Shown piece by piece: positions 24,446-36,688 of a stretch of 64,000 nucleotides of DNA. This stretch comes from Klebsormidium nitens (Eukaryota > Plantae > Klebsormidiophyceae). Numbering within the stretch: the first letter of the stretch is position 1; each line of letters starts with the position of its first letter. The notes under the pieces were generated by a model that saw only the letters and a list, made by a program, of their open reading frames with translations, searched no databases and was not told the origin of the DNA. The DNA is taken from assembly GCA_000708835.1 (NCBI GenBank), contig DF236950.1, forward strand, positions 477,866-541,865, read 5' to 3'. The translations under genes and the position numbers were made by a program.

Positions 24446-25146
24446 CATTGATGCTAATATATAAGCAGAAAGATTGGTATGTCTTATTTAGTTATGATAT
24501 TGTATGCCAAGGGCCCCACATGCTTGGCTTGGTATCGTTGTTCATGTTAGTGACTCGCAGCATGTCGCAATTTCCAGGTCGGGACTCGGGGTATACCGCG
24601 TTACACAATCCGCAGTGATTGCTTTGCTTGCAGCACAGTACGTGCTTGCAGCTCGACGTCAGCAAGTTCCGTGAGTTGTCAGGGATACATGAACAAAAGT
24701 GTTGTTCGAATTTAAAACCAAATGTTTTCCGTCTTTTCCAGCATCCACTCTCTCACACCACAGCGTCAATTCAGGACGTGCGTTCAAGTTTGACTCAGGA
24801 AGGTAGGCTATCACCAAACTTCGGCGTTTCGAAAATTCAGTTGGTGGAATCGCTTCAATTAGCGTCCACACACGTGCAGGCTTCAAATCCTGTATAACTA
24901 TCATCAAAAATATTGCTCCACTTACCAAGAGGTGTCAAACCGTAAACGACCCGTGACATCGACCATGACGACATGACCAACGAGTACCTTGACTTCAGTT
25001 CTCGTATCACTACCGCACCATTAAACTTCCAACTAACTACAAATTTGGTTGTTTCCGAGTCCCATATCTTAGCAGACTGCGGCTTAATTGCACGTGCACA
25101 GGCAGTCTGCCGTGGCTCTGCTCCGGAACCCGCAGCGCCTCTGCGC

Positions 25147-28100
25147 CTAGAAGCCGCGCACCTGGGCGCACATGGTGCTCATGGTGTCGGGCGTCACGGT
25201 GGAGTCCGAGGACGAGAGGCCCAGCGCGTCGTGCATCGCGAAGTAGACGCGAGTGTTGTCCTGCAGCACCGCACAGCCCAGTCAGCGACGCTCTCAGACG
25301 TACTCCGACTCAAACGGGAGGGATGCTAAGTGTGAACGCCAGCGAAGCGTGACTCCTTAAGCTGTAGTATGTGGGGGCGAGATCAAAGAACCGGTCTCGG
25401 GAGCCCAAAATAACGGCAAAGCTTTAGAAATCACGACCACGACAAGCATCAGGAAGCCAGGCCGGAAAACACCCAAGAGGACCGACCGCTTTTTGTGCTG
25501 AAGGCCGACTTCCCGCTTGAAAGGCATGGAAGTAACTCACCTGCACTCTAGCCAATGCGATCGAGCCCGGGCCTGCGAGGGAAAGGCGTACAAAGTGTGA
25601 GTACTGGCGTCCGTGATGCAACAGCTGTGTTAGCACAGTATGCCACCGCCGGTTGGCAAGGAGAAGCGCAGAGGTTCTTAGACCAGCCTTCGATATCGGG
25701 GTTCCATTCCGCCGGGGTGTGTTCGGCCGAGTGCGGCGGCTCACCCTGGGCAAAGACGGGGACGTCGGTGAGGGTGTGCACGCCCTGGCTCTGGGCGGGG
25801 TCCAGGTTGCCGTTCTGCGTGATGCCGCCAACGGAGTCCTTGGGGTTGGCCACGTAGTACGTCTGGGGCCGCGACGCGTTGAAGGTCGAAAAGTTGGAGC
25901 CGCCGGCCGGCACTGCCGGCGTGCGCACGCCAGACATCTTGACCTGCACCCCAGCCCAGGCTACGTCAGCAGGGCGCGACTCGAGCAGGCGCAGGCGGAG
26001 CAGCCGCGCTGCTACTAAATGGTGAGACTGGTAAAGCAGCCACGCCGCAACCGATTAGTGAGCCTGGTAAGGATAAGACTCATAGCATGTATCCATCGCA
26101 ACAATATTCTCGTGCATCTGATGGTCAGGGGCAACACCAGAACGACGATACATGAGGCAGCCTCTGGCCTTGACCAGAGCAGAGAAAGCGCAAGGCAACC
26201 TGCAGCTAAGGAGTAAGTCTGACCTGGAAGTTCTCGTTGAAAGGGGGGAAGTCCGCCACTCCCTGAGCCAGGGTGTAGCGAGGGGCCCACGTGTCGGGGA
26301 AGTTGTCCACCTACAAGACAGAGCAGGAGTCCGTCAGTGGGCCGCCCCTCGAGATCCCGGTCCACGAGACTTATTCACTCCTCAAGGTTACTATAAGCTA
26401 ACCCACTTCGTCTTTCTTGCTTGAGAAAGGGTAGGAGCCATCGCCTCTTCTAAACCCAACGATCCGCTAATCGCTGGGGGCCACCGCTTTCCAACCGACA
26501 TACAGCGTTCCATTAACGACTTTCTGAACGTTCGCTTGTTTACCAAGCTGAAAGGAAAAGCAAAGGTCGTCTCGATGCATCGAAGGGTTTTCGCTGATAA
26601 GAACTGCTGGCAGGCTGAGCGCTACAACAGGTGGGCGGCCTTACATCCTCGTTGGTGTATCCCGGGTACCCCGCCGCCTGGTACACGCCGATGGCCTTGC
26701 GCTTCTCCGCATCGCTTGCGTTGGCCGTCACCGCGGCGTTGAAAACTGCAACGATGCACGAAGAAGACGACGTTCCACGGTTAGGAAGGCTTGAAATCTG
26801 GACGCATGCCCTGTACCGTGGTGCAAACAGTAGGGGATGGTAAGAAACGTAGACCCGACTCAACCAGTTCAGCTACGCTATGAATGAATTAGCGGCTGCA
26901 CCCATAAGCAGGGCTGCCGGCTGTGGCGGAAGAGTGTGCCAGCTGGCAGGCGGCCGGGGCGGTGGTGCGCGCCTCACCCTGAGTGTCAACGGTACCCCAC
27001 ACGTCGTAGGCGTGCCCGTGGTCCGCGGTGGCGATGATGAGCGTGTCGTTGCCGCGCGCCGCGTTCCAGGCCAGAGCGTACCCAACAGCCTCGTCGAACT
27101 CAATCAGCTCGCCGAGCATGCGCTCCTACATGCACCACGACTAGAGATGAGCAAGCAACGTCGCTCTTGAGAGTCTTGTTAATTGAAGTGGTTGCTGCCT
27201 GTGAAGCAACGGACAACTTTTGTGGTCACACAACGTGTAGCTCAAAGACTTTGTGGCATACGATCACCCACCCCACGTCCTCCCCTCCGCCACCCCGTGT
27301 CCCTCCTTCCTTCCTCCCCCCCTTCCCCGTCCCCCTCGACATCTTGCAACACGTGCGAGCGAGCTCGAGCGGCACTGCCTCACCCAGTCGAGGGCGTGCG
27401 CCATCTTGTCAACGGAGGCAGCCTCAACCATGAGGTAGAAGCCGTTGGGGTTCTTGGAGAGGACCGACAGCGACACATTCACCATGTCCACCAGGCCGGG
27501 CTGGTCCGTGGCTGCGCGGCCGGACCCATCGGGGTACTCCTTCTGGGCAGCGATGTTCTGGGGGTACACGTTGCGGTCCACTGCACACACGCACAGAATA
27601 GAACGGCCTGAGCAATCGGGACTGCTGATTCGAGGGAGTGCAAAAGGGAAAGATATACAGACCAAGGCAAAGCACAGCGTGCGGCCATCGAGCTGTTCCA
27701 TGTCCCCTGATTTCACCGATGCTTGGGGGAATGGGATAAGCGGTGCCCGAGACGGTTGCCAGGCTAGTAGGTGCCGACTCACGCCACTTGTCCATGTTGC
27801 CCTCGTGGAAGATGCCCAGCACCTTGGAGGCGCCCCCGGCGGCGGCCGCATACATGGCCGTCTTGTTGAGCGCAACGCTGTAGCCCTGCCCCGCGGCAAC
27901 GCCGTAGTAGTCCTGTGAATTGAGCGACTTGGGCGCGTGGAAGTAGGCGCCGCCGCCGCCCATGATGACCTCCATGTTGAGGCCCTTGCCGGACACCACG
28001 CTGAAGGCGCCGTTGCTGACGTTGGTCCCGAAGAACATCTGGTCCGTGATGAAGTTCTTGTCGTCACGGCGCCGCGTGCTGCGAGCAAGCGCGGCAGGCC

Positions 28101-31100
28101 CCATCAGCAGGCCGTCTGGTTACTAGATTCCCGGATTGGAACACGAGTTCCAATCAAAAGGATATGTTTCATAGTTTCATCTTTGAGAAAGCCCCTTTCA
28201 TAAGTAGGGCTGTGCACCTGCCTCGAACACTCACGAATAGTGATGCAAAGAGTGTGCAGCGCCAGCTTACTGAGCGAAGACGGCGGCAGGGGTGGCATCC
28301 TGGATCTCAGCGGTGGAAACGACACCAACCGCCATCCCGCGGCGACGCTTGGCCTGCAATAGCACGCAATGAGTGAGAAAGATGAAGGGCATGGTGAAAT
28401 GAGGATTTATTTGCACAAGCCAAGACACAGACAGACGCAAGCTTCGAACCCATCTCGACCACAACAAGCAGAAGCGGGTTCATGGCGAAGAGACACTGCA
28501 GATGAGCATCGGGGGTGCACCTGCTCCCCAATGGTCTCGATCTTGGCGTGCCCCAGGTTGTTGGAGGTGGTGTCAGCATACACCTGAAATGCAGCGAGCA
28601 AAGGGGAGAGGTCACTTGGGGCTGCCAGCATTGCCAAAGCCAGTTCTTGGAGAAACGGAACAAACTCAAGAGTATGCAAGACAGGCACAACCCACAGTCG
28701 CCAAGCCTTTCTGCCACAGATAAAGTGTTGCTGCCATGATCATCAAGAAGAAAACCGTCCGAGAAGTTTGGCGATCAACACCGGAGCCGAACTTGGGAGG
28801 CTTCAACTAGACTCACGTTCAGCGCGTTCACCGCAGACTTGTGCCCAGTGTTGTAGGCCCTGCAAACCAAAGGCGTCAGACTTAGTCTGTTATTAGGCAA
28901 CGACCGCTATCTTACAGCCCTTCTGAGAGAAACAAAGACCTGCAGTCGGCCCAAGCACGCTTGAATGAGGATGCAGTAAGCCTAAGCGCAGAGCATGGTC
29001 TATCTCCCTACACAAACTGGTCTAATCCCCTGCACAAAGTGGTCATAATGGCTATGCAGCTATTCAGCAGAGGCGGCAGCAGCGGGGTGGCTCACGTTGC
29101 AGAGTTGGCAGAGTCCGTGATGATGGCATCGTATCCGCTGGTGTGCGCCAGGCCCACGTACGGCATGGTGTCCATGTACATGGGACGACGGAACTTGCCC
29201 GCAGCCTGTCCGCGGCTAACCTGCAGCGCACCACGCACAGTGAGGGAGATTTCGAAACCACAGGGGCCACATGAAGGAGCATGACGCAGAAGCTCCCAGC
29301 GTCAGGGCCAGCATACACATACTCCTAGGGACTCTCATGACCAGTGGGCCTCCTTCATGATGAACATCAAAGGAGGAGTGAGACCAGCCAGAGTGACACC
29401 AAGAGCCTATTAGAGGCCGCAGAAGGGCACAGCCTGTGGTCACATGCAGGCTGATCCTAGCACTGTCCTTACCAGCCTGGCTGCCGTGATCATAGGGACC
29501 TGCAAAGAGATGCAACGGCGTCAGAGCGTTGTCACTTTGATTCTTGGGTACTGGCTCCCACTTTGAAAGTCAATGTGCAGGCTGCGGAGGCAGGCCAGAA
29601 CAGCACAGCTCTTGCGTAGTACACAGCAGATGACGGCCCCCAGCAACCACGCGGCATGGGCTCACCGTCATGCCATCCGCAATGAACAGGATGACGTTGG
29701 TGGCTTTGCGGGTAGTGACGGGGCGGATGGTCCAGGACACCTTGGTCACCTGCCCGCCGGCAGTGGTGAGGGTGACCGTGTACGTGCCAGGGTCGGTGAT
29801 CGTCACGTTGCGCCAGTACTCACCCACCGACTGCACACACCCCGCGAGAGCGTGTTAGCACCAACGGGGGCCAGACAGGGAACCACCAGCAGAGCAGTCA
29901 AGGACAGTCTCAGATGCAGCAATGCCTGTGTCAGGGGGCAAGGGGCTTTGCCCTCACGTTGTTCCTGACGGTGGCGCCTGAGTAGTCGGACACATAGGTG
30001 TAGGTGTAGGGGCTGGAGCTGGTGTTGGTTACACCAAAGTAGGAGTCCAGGCTCTGGGGGGTGCCCGCCGCCCCATTCTGAATGGTCACGGTGTGGGCCG
30101 TGCTGCCGTTCATGGCGCTGTGCACCTCCACGCGGATGTCAAACAGAGCACCCGACGAGAACTCTGCACAGTGGGACCCAGGGGTCAGGCAACAAAACAT
30201 CTGGCTAAAGCTGGTGTACCTGATGCGCATCTTGCTGTGCTGCAGCAACTGGGACTTTGGTTGTTTACAATCAGCTCTGCAAGTAAGGGGGGGGCTTGCA
30301 ATTTCAGGTGGATTATCGATTGTGTAAGTGGGTTCTTGCTCTTCAGCTTCTTGAGCTCTGTAAGAGCCAACACCACAATGATGAAGCTTCCCCATGCCAC
30401 CGAATGTTACTCGTCATGTGGTCACTCACACAGAGGAGACACTGGCTAATTTGGAAAGACCCCTTCTTCCCCAACCTTGCCCCCAAATCACCTCGACGCC
30501 CCCAAATCACCTCAACGCCCCCAAATCACCTCAACACCCCCAAATCACCTCAACACCCCCAAATCACCTCAACACCCCCAAATCCCCTTGATGATAAGAA
30601 CCCCCTCTGCCCCTTGACTCTGCTGCTATTGATACTAGCATCAGTCTTGTTCAAAACAATCTGATATGCTGCTCGTAACTTCTACTGACCCCTCCCAGGG
30701 TCAACAATTACAGAAATTGCACGTCATCGCAAGTTTACATCTTGCTCAGAATTCAAGACACTGCTTTACAATATGGATAGGTTCAGACCAAGTGCCAAGA
30801 GGTGATCACAGTGGTAGTATTCACAGGATTTTTTGGCCCTTAACCAAGGACGGTTCTGGGCAGGTTAAAATCTGGTTATCTGTCCAGTAGCCAGACTTGG
30901 GCGTTAAACAGCCTCGGAACAAGGTTGAAGCCCCGGTAAGCTGTCCAATAACCCAACGCCCAAGTCTGGTTACCAGCCTGGTTAGCAGCCAAAACTTCCT
31001 GTGATTAATCCTGGCTGCCATGATTCAAGAAACCAGACTGGCAACATACAATCTTCAAGTACCACAACGGGTAAAAGTCAATGCTCCAACAGCATTGCAC

Positions 31101-31395
31101 CAATTCATCAGGACAAGCAGAGAGCAGCTGCCACATCAAGCGCATGCACAAATCCCCAGATGTAACGGATACTGCATCAGTCGAAAGTGTCAGCGTGCTG
31201 CTCGCCTGCCAGGTCGGTGGGCCAGATGCAGCCGCCGGACTGCGCATTGCAGCCTGGGTTGTCCAAGTACTGCCCGATGGTGGGAGTGAGGCCCAGGCCA
31301 TTGGCGGAGGTGACGTTGGTGGTCCCCAGCTGGGCCAGCGCGGGGGGCAGCACAACGGCCAGGAGGCACACAGCGAGGGCGGCGCGCAGAGCCAT
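25147..31395 (-). CDS. Secreted alkaline phosphatase (PhoA family) with an N-terminal beta-rich accessory domain, ~13 exons
   Basis: The signal peptide is MALRAALAVCLLAVVLPPALA. Motifs: NVILFIADGM, the catalytic IITDSANSATAYNTGHK, GVVSTAEIQDATPAA, GFYLMVEAASVDKMAH, TLIIATADHGH, GVHTLTDVPVFAQGPGS, and DNTRVYFAMHDALG...GF*. Exon phases checked by hand. Intron 1 appears to be GC-AG. Confidence 0.92.
30480..30586. repeat. 19-bp minisatellite (AAATCACCTCAACACCCCC) x ~5.5 in intron 1 of the phosphatase gene
   Basis: AAATC recurs at 30485, 30504, 30523, 30542, 30561 and 30580, an exact period of 19. Confidence 0.95.
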
Positions 31396-33311
31396 GGTGC
31401 GAGGGAGATGGTCCCTGCAGCGGTCAGATCGTCCTTATCGGAGCTCCCTTACAAGTCACGTCAGCAGGCTCTGTTTGATCCAGATTTCTTGTGCCTTCGT
31501 TGTAAGAACGTAAATTTGACATCAAATACCTACTTCCATGGCCCTGGGTCAAGAGAAGAATCTTCTTTCTTCACAAACAGGATTGACGCCTTACTCCAAG
31601 CTGAATACCTACACAGCTTGGAGCATCTGTGGGTACCTAGTAGGTACCAATTACATTTTTGTGTGTTTCCCGTATACCTACCTGGCCGGGTGCTTCAGCC
31701 TTCAACTACCTAGGTACCTACCTAGGTACGCCTTTCTGGAATCTGCAGCACTGAATAAGCAATGAGCATCCTGATTCCTACCTGCCTTGCCCTGCCATGC
31801 AGCAGTCCGACCACCGCCGAATGCGACTGCCGCTAGGTACCTGTAGCGTACATGCAGTAGCTGATACCGGTAGGTACCCTCATGATCATACCTGCCTGCT
31901 ATACAGCTCCTGAGTCCATCTTGCAAGGTCGAAATCTGGGATCGAAGTGAGTCCGCTCAGGTCCTCCTGTCGTTGCTTCGCCGGGCAGCCAAAATGGACG
32001 CAACGTGGGCCCGGAAGCCGTGCAACCGACCGCTCGGACGGGGCAGGGCCCTACGGCACCGGTTGGTCGACATGCACACCGAAGTGTGAACACTACGATG
32101 GCGTGAAGTGTTGACATCAGCCTTCGGGAATCTTGGAGCTTTTGAGGGTGGCAGCTGATCTCATCATTGGAATCCAGCTCGTCACTTCCACGAAAAGATT
32201 CCTCAGGTAATGATTAGAACTTCGGTGTTCGACGCTTTTGCGGCTGTGGGGAAACTAAACATTCAAGCAATCAGACCCCTGGAAAAGTGCTCCACCACGC
32301 GAATCTATATCAGCCAATCACAAGGCCCTGCTTGGGATCATCATAAAGATTCCAAGCAAGCCGCACTTTGCCGTACGCTCGGTACACCTTTACCGACTTC
32401 CCATGTGATTCCTAATACATCATGATTTTTGCACGCGCAACTTGAAGGCCCGGTCGTAATCTTGAAAATTAGATTTAAGTTGCATGAAAATAAAGAGGCA
32501 GGACTATGATGTATGGGCTCCAACCAACAAATCCTAACCCAGCGATTTACCTACTCGCTCCGAGCCCGTCCACACCCTAACCTACCCGCTAACCCCCCAC
32601 TGGTTCAAGGCTGGCGCTCATTATTCCCATGACAAAATAAATCTAGTCCGAGCTCCCGGTTTGTGCCTGCTGAGTCAGAGGCCGCCATATGTCCTCCGGC
32701 CGGCCTCAACTTCAAGCTAGTCCAGAGTGATTGGCATTTCTGCAGAGCCAGCCGGCCGAGTCTCCGAGTATGGTAGGTACTCGGCTTGGACTACCTATAC
32801 CGGTACCCAGAAATTAGAATGCTGACTTCCAAATTTTGATCCCTAGACTAGTCTAGACTAGTCACTAGTGCCACAGCCTGTAGGTACCTAGCTCCAGGAA
32901 GACCCATTGTAGAATTCGGCCCCCGCATAAGGAGAAAGGATAAGCACAACCAACTGAACCCTGCTGTCAAGAACTTGAAAAGTTGAGCTGCGCCGGACAG
33001 CATTGGTTATATGGTCTCCATGTCCACGTCCTCTTGCTTTGATAGATCTGCTTGCGGTAACGACAAGTATTTAACTCTCTAGTTTGTTGTTGCTGTGCAC
33101 CGGAACGAAGCGTAGGGACGCGCTGAGAGATTGGGCCAGCTTGCTGCGTCTCAATCACCAGCTTGTAATGCAGTGGGCAAACAAGAGGACACAAAAGGAT
33201 AGTGCATGCGCCGGCAGGCTCTGATTGGACTTACAACCGCTCTGTTTTGGAGGGAACCTACTTTTCGTCGGATTGAAAGCAGGACATCAGGTCCTTGCTC
33301 TGCTGATCAAG

Positions 33312-36300
33312 ATGAGTGCTGTAAGCACGCTGGTGGGCCTTGTGCTGTTGTTGGGCACCACAGGTACGATTACTGCCCTTGGATCACCAGGTTTGCTTCG
33401 ACGATCATCTTCTCAGGTAAACAGTAGTCGAAGTCATTGTCTGAAAACTAGCATCAGTCCTTGGTAAGTACTGCCCAGGCAGAGTTGTTAGGTCTTGGCT
33501 TCGTGAGGGCAATCTGGCAGAGTTTCTTTCTTTGAAGCTGACGCAGACATGTCGTCCCGATTGGAATCTGCTGACAGCTTTTGCTGCTTCGCCCCTGCCA
33601 CCAGTTTGCCCTGCCGAGGCCCAGCTAGCTGCGCCGCATCACCACAGACGGCTGCACCAAGCAGGGGGTAAGTGACTGGTCACTGAACTGCAACGAGGTA
33701 CCCTGGTCGGGTTGTCCCCTTGCCAAAGCTTGGGTTGGATTCTGTTCTCTGCAGGCCTTAGGACGGAGCCATGTGCAAACCAAATTTCTGAAAGCGCCGG
33801 GACTTCTTATATGGCGGGACGACTAGCTTGCATGGGGTAGTGAGGACATGGTTTTGCATGACTTTCAATTTCTGTATGTGCATGTATTCTCCAGGAAACC
33901 CCACTAGGAAGGACACTGTGAGAGTCGCTGAAGTGCCGCTGATGCCGCTGCTTACTCTACCACACCCTACTTCTCTGTGCCTGCAGCGGCGCCCGCCCCC
34001 GTGGGCCAGGTGTGCTCCAACGGCCTGGTGTGTCCGGAGCACCAGCGCTGCGACACCACGCTGCTGTCCGGCAACGACGGCACCCAGGCGGTCATCCAGT
34101 GCCTCTGCGTGACCGGCTACAACGGCTCCGAATGCCCCAAGCCCTTCACGGTGCCCCCAGCCCCCACCGATGGCCCCGTTGCACCGTTGCGGCCAGCTGC
34201 AGGTTGGTATGCTTACTGCTGAGACAGCACGGTTCGGAGTCACTTCTGCCAGCTGTTTACCGTGTTCTTCGTACAGATGGCTTCAAAGATGCCTCCGGAA
34301 GCTCAGACTGTGAGCCAACGTACCGCCTAGATTGCGAGAAGGCGCATTCTGATATTTTGCGTGAAGTGAAACCTTGTGGTTGAGGTCCTGACTATGTTGT
34401 TATTGACAGCTTATGGCAATGTTATCTATCATCAGGATGGTTCGACTCGAAATAGCTCGGAAAGCAATCTTTGCAAAGCGGTTCGCATTATCTCGAACTT
34501 GAGGCGTCTTTGCTCTTCGTTCGTGGTTGAAGGAGTGAGACAGATTACCGGGAGCTCCTTCTTACCAGGTTGTGTCGGTGGGATCAAGTGCCCAATGTTG
34601 CGCTGGTTGTCCATGTAGGGTGATGTAGGTAGCATCGGGTGGAGTTCAACGAGCAGATACTCCGGAGGAAACTCGTTACGGTACTTTGTGGTTCTCCAGA
34701 GCATGGACATGTGCGTCGTGAAATTTCCATTCCGATATTTTATTGTGCAACACTGCCACACACCGCATCAAATCAGCCATTTATGTAGAGCTGTTGAGGA
34801 AGCCTATATTCCTGGCCGCAATCTTCTTACTATCTTGGGTTAAACTCTGGTCTGGCAGTGTACCTCCCTCTGTTTTTTCTCTCCCCACGCACGACCTTAC
34901 CCCACCCCCCCTCCCGCATGCCTGCAGTGGCGCCCGCGCCCGTGGGCCAGGTGTGCTCCAACGGCCTGGTGTGTCCGGAGCGCCAGCGCTGCGACACCAC
35001 GCTGCTGTCCGGCAACGACGGCACCCAGGCGGTCATCCAGTGCCTCTGCGTGACCGGCTACAACGGGCCCGAGTGCCCCAAGCCGTACACGGTGCCCCCA
35101 CCGCCGACCACTGCCCCAGTAGCGCCCGCTCCACCAACAAGTAAGCTGCGGTTGGGGCTTGGACGAGCAGTATCGAATGGATTTGCCGAAATGTGGGCGT
35201 CAACGCTCGGGCTTGCACTACTCAGCCTGCCACCGTCAGGCTGACGACTGCATCCCAGGAACGAGCCTTGCCACTGCTAACAAATCCGCCCTTGACGTGC
35301 TTGCGTACCCCTGTGGTAGGTACTGCCAGCAGCGCCGCCGCGGCAGCTGCCACGGTGGCCTCGCCGGGGTCCTCGTCATCCGCGCCTAAGGGGGGCTCCA
35401 GCGGACTAGGGGTGAGGGATGCCCGCTTCGTTTCCCCTCTGTAATGAGTCTGCCCATTTTGGCCCCCACAAGTTGCGGATAAGACACGGACGTATTAAGG
35501 TGGAGACGGTCTGGGGTGTCCAACCGGTTGAAAGAGAAGTTGGACCAAGACATGTTTCTATGCGGGGCCGTGCCTCTGTTTCGTCCTTCCTGCCCGAAGA
35601 CGTGCTTGAACACTGTGAACGTGGTGCATTTCCGCCCAGTCTTGAATGTCATTAACTCTACGAGACTTCTTGTCATGAGCTGCTCTTTCCAGGATGTGCA
35701 GCATAGAAGAGGTCATTTGCACCTCTGCGCGTCCCTAATAGGTGGAAGGCCACACCACTTCGGGGTTTGAAAGCGTACATAGGGGGAGATTACTTCTGTT
35801 TTTGGACCTTGCAATCCCCGCTTTAGCTCGTGGGGCGTGAGGGTCAAGACTTTCTTAGATTGGAACTTTTTCAGGGACTTTGCACTAGACTTGTGATGCG
35901 CGGCAACTCTTAACCAGATCAATCTCGGGCCCGTGCTATCATGAGAGACCGCAGCATGCAGCGCGGTTGACTCTTGGCAGACTTCTGGGTTGGGCTGCGG
36001 TCAGCGTTGTGCCTGGTCGGCCCGGCACCGCCAGCAGGCTGCCTCCCGCAGCTGGGCCTTAGTGGCTGTCCCTCCGGCTGTGCCAGCGCGGACCTGGCAG
36101 CCCCCAGTACCTCTGCTCGGACACGGCCAGTTTTGATGCCCTCGTCGAAACAGGATGCGCTTTGCCAGGCCGCTTCGGGAAAGTATCGCCCTCGTGACCT
36201 CGAGATGATGAGTCCGTTGGAGATGGGAAAGATTCACCGCCCGTCGAGGCTACGCTCGTAAACTCGTGCTTGCTGTAGGCTTCTCCCCTATGGATGCACC

Positions 36301-36688
36301 ACTGGCAGGTATTGGCACGCCAGAGAGGGCCCGAGGTGCTCACGTCCCCTGGCCCCTCATACGAGACTCTCACATTTGGAGAGTCTACGGGGGCTTGACA
36401 ATGAACTGCGTGGGCGTCTCTCACGCTTGAGGAGTTGAACGGTGACTCCCGTCGCGACCTGCTCCACTGAGCCCCTCTGGTGTGTGCGTGTCTCCCCAGG
36501 TGGGCGCCATCGTGGGAATCGTGGTGGGGTGCGTGCTCGGGGTGGGCCTGCTGGCGGCGGGTGTGCTGTACGGGATGCGGCGGCGGCGGGAGGAGCGGAA
36601 GGCGGTCGAGTTCCAGGACTTCCATCACGCACACCACAGTATGGACTCCCACCAGCAGCCGGCCGCGCCAACGGCCCCGGAAGCATGA
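33312..36688 (+). CDS. Type-I single-pass membrane protein with signal peptide, two tandem EGF-like domains, Ser/Ala/Pro-rich stalk, TM helix and short cytoplasmic tail
   Basis: Six exons splice in frame: MSAVSTLVGLVLLLGTT|AFAASP...; two exons (33987-34202 and 34928-35140) each encoding CSNGLVCPExQRCDTTLLSGNDGTQAVIQCLCVTGYNGxEC; a stalk exon; and VGAIVGIVVGCVLGVGLLAAGVLYGMRRRREERK...PEA*. Confidence 0.8.

Noticed and set aside
30218-30236. Possible 15-nt micro-exon (ARCAS) in phosphatase intron 1
   Set aside because: It is flanked by AG and GT and is frame-neutral, but direct joining of exons 1 and 2 gives the better family motif (IWPTDLAEF). It is not needed unless RNA-seq shows it.
30480-30586. 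CRISPR-like array
   Set aside because: The units are directly adjacent 19-bp tandem repeats with no unique spacers, lie in a eukaryotic intron, and have no cas genes nearby. This is a minisatellite.
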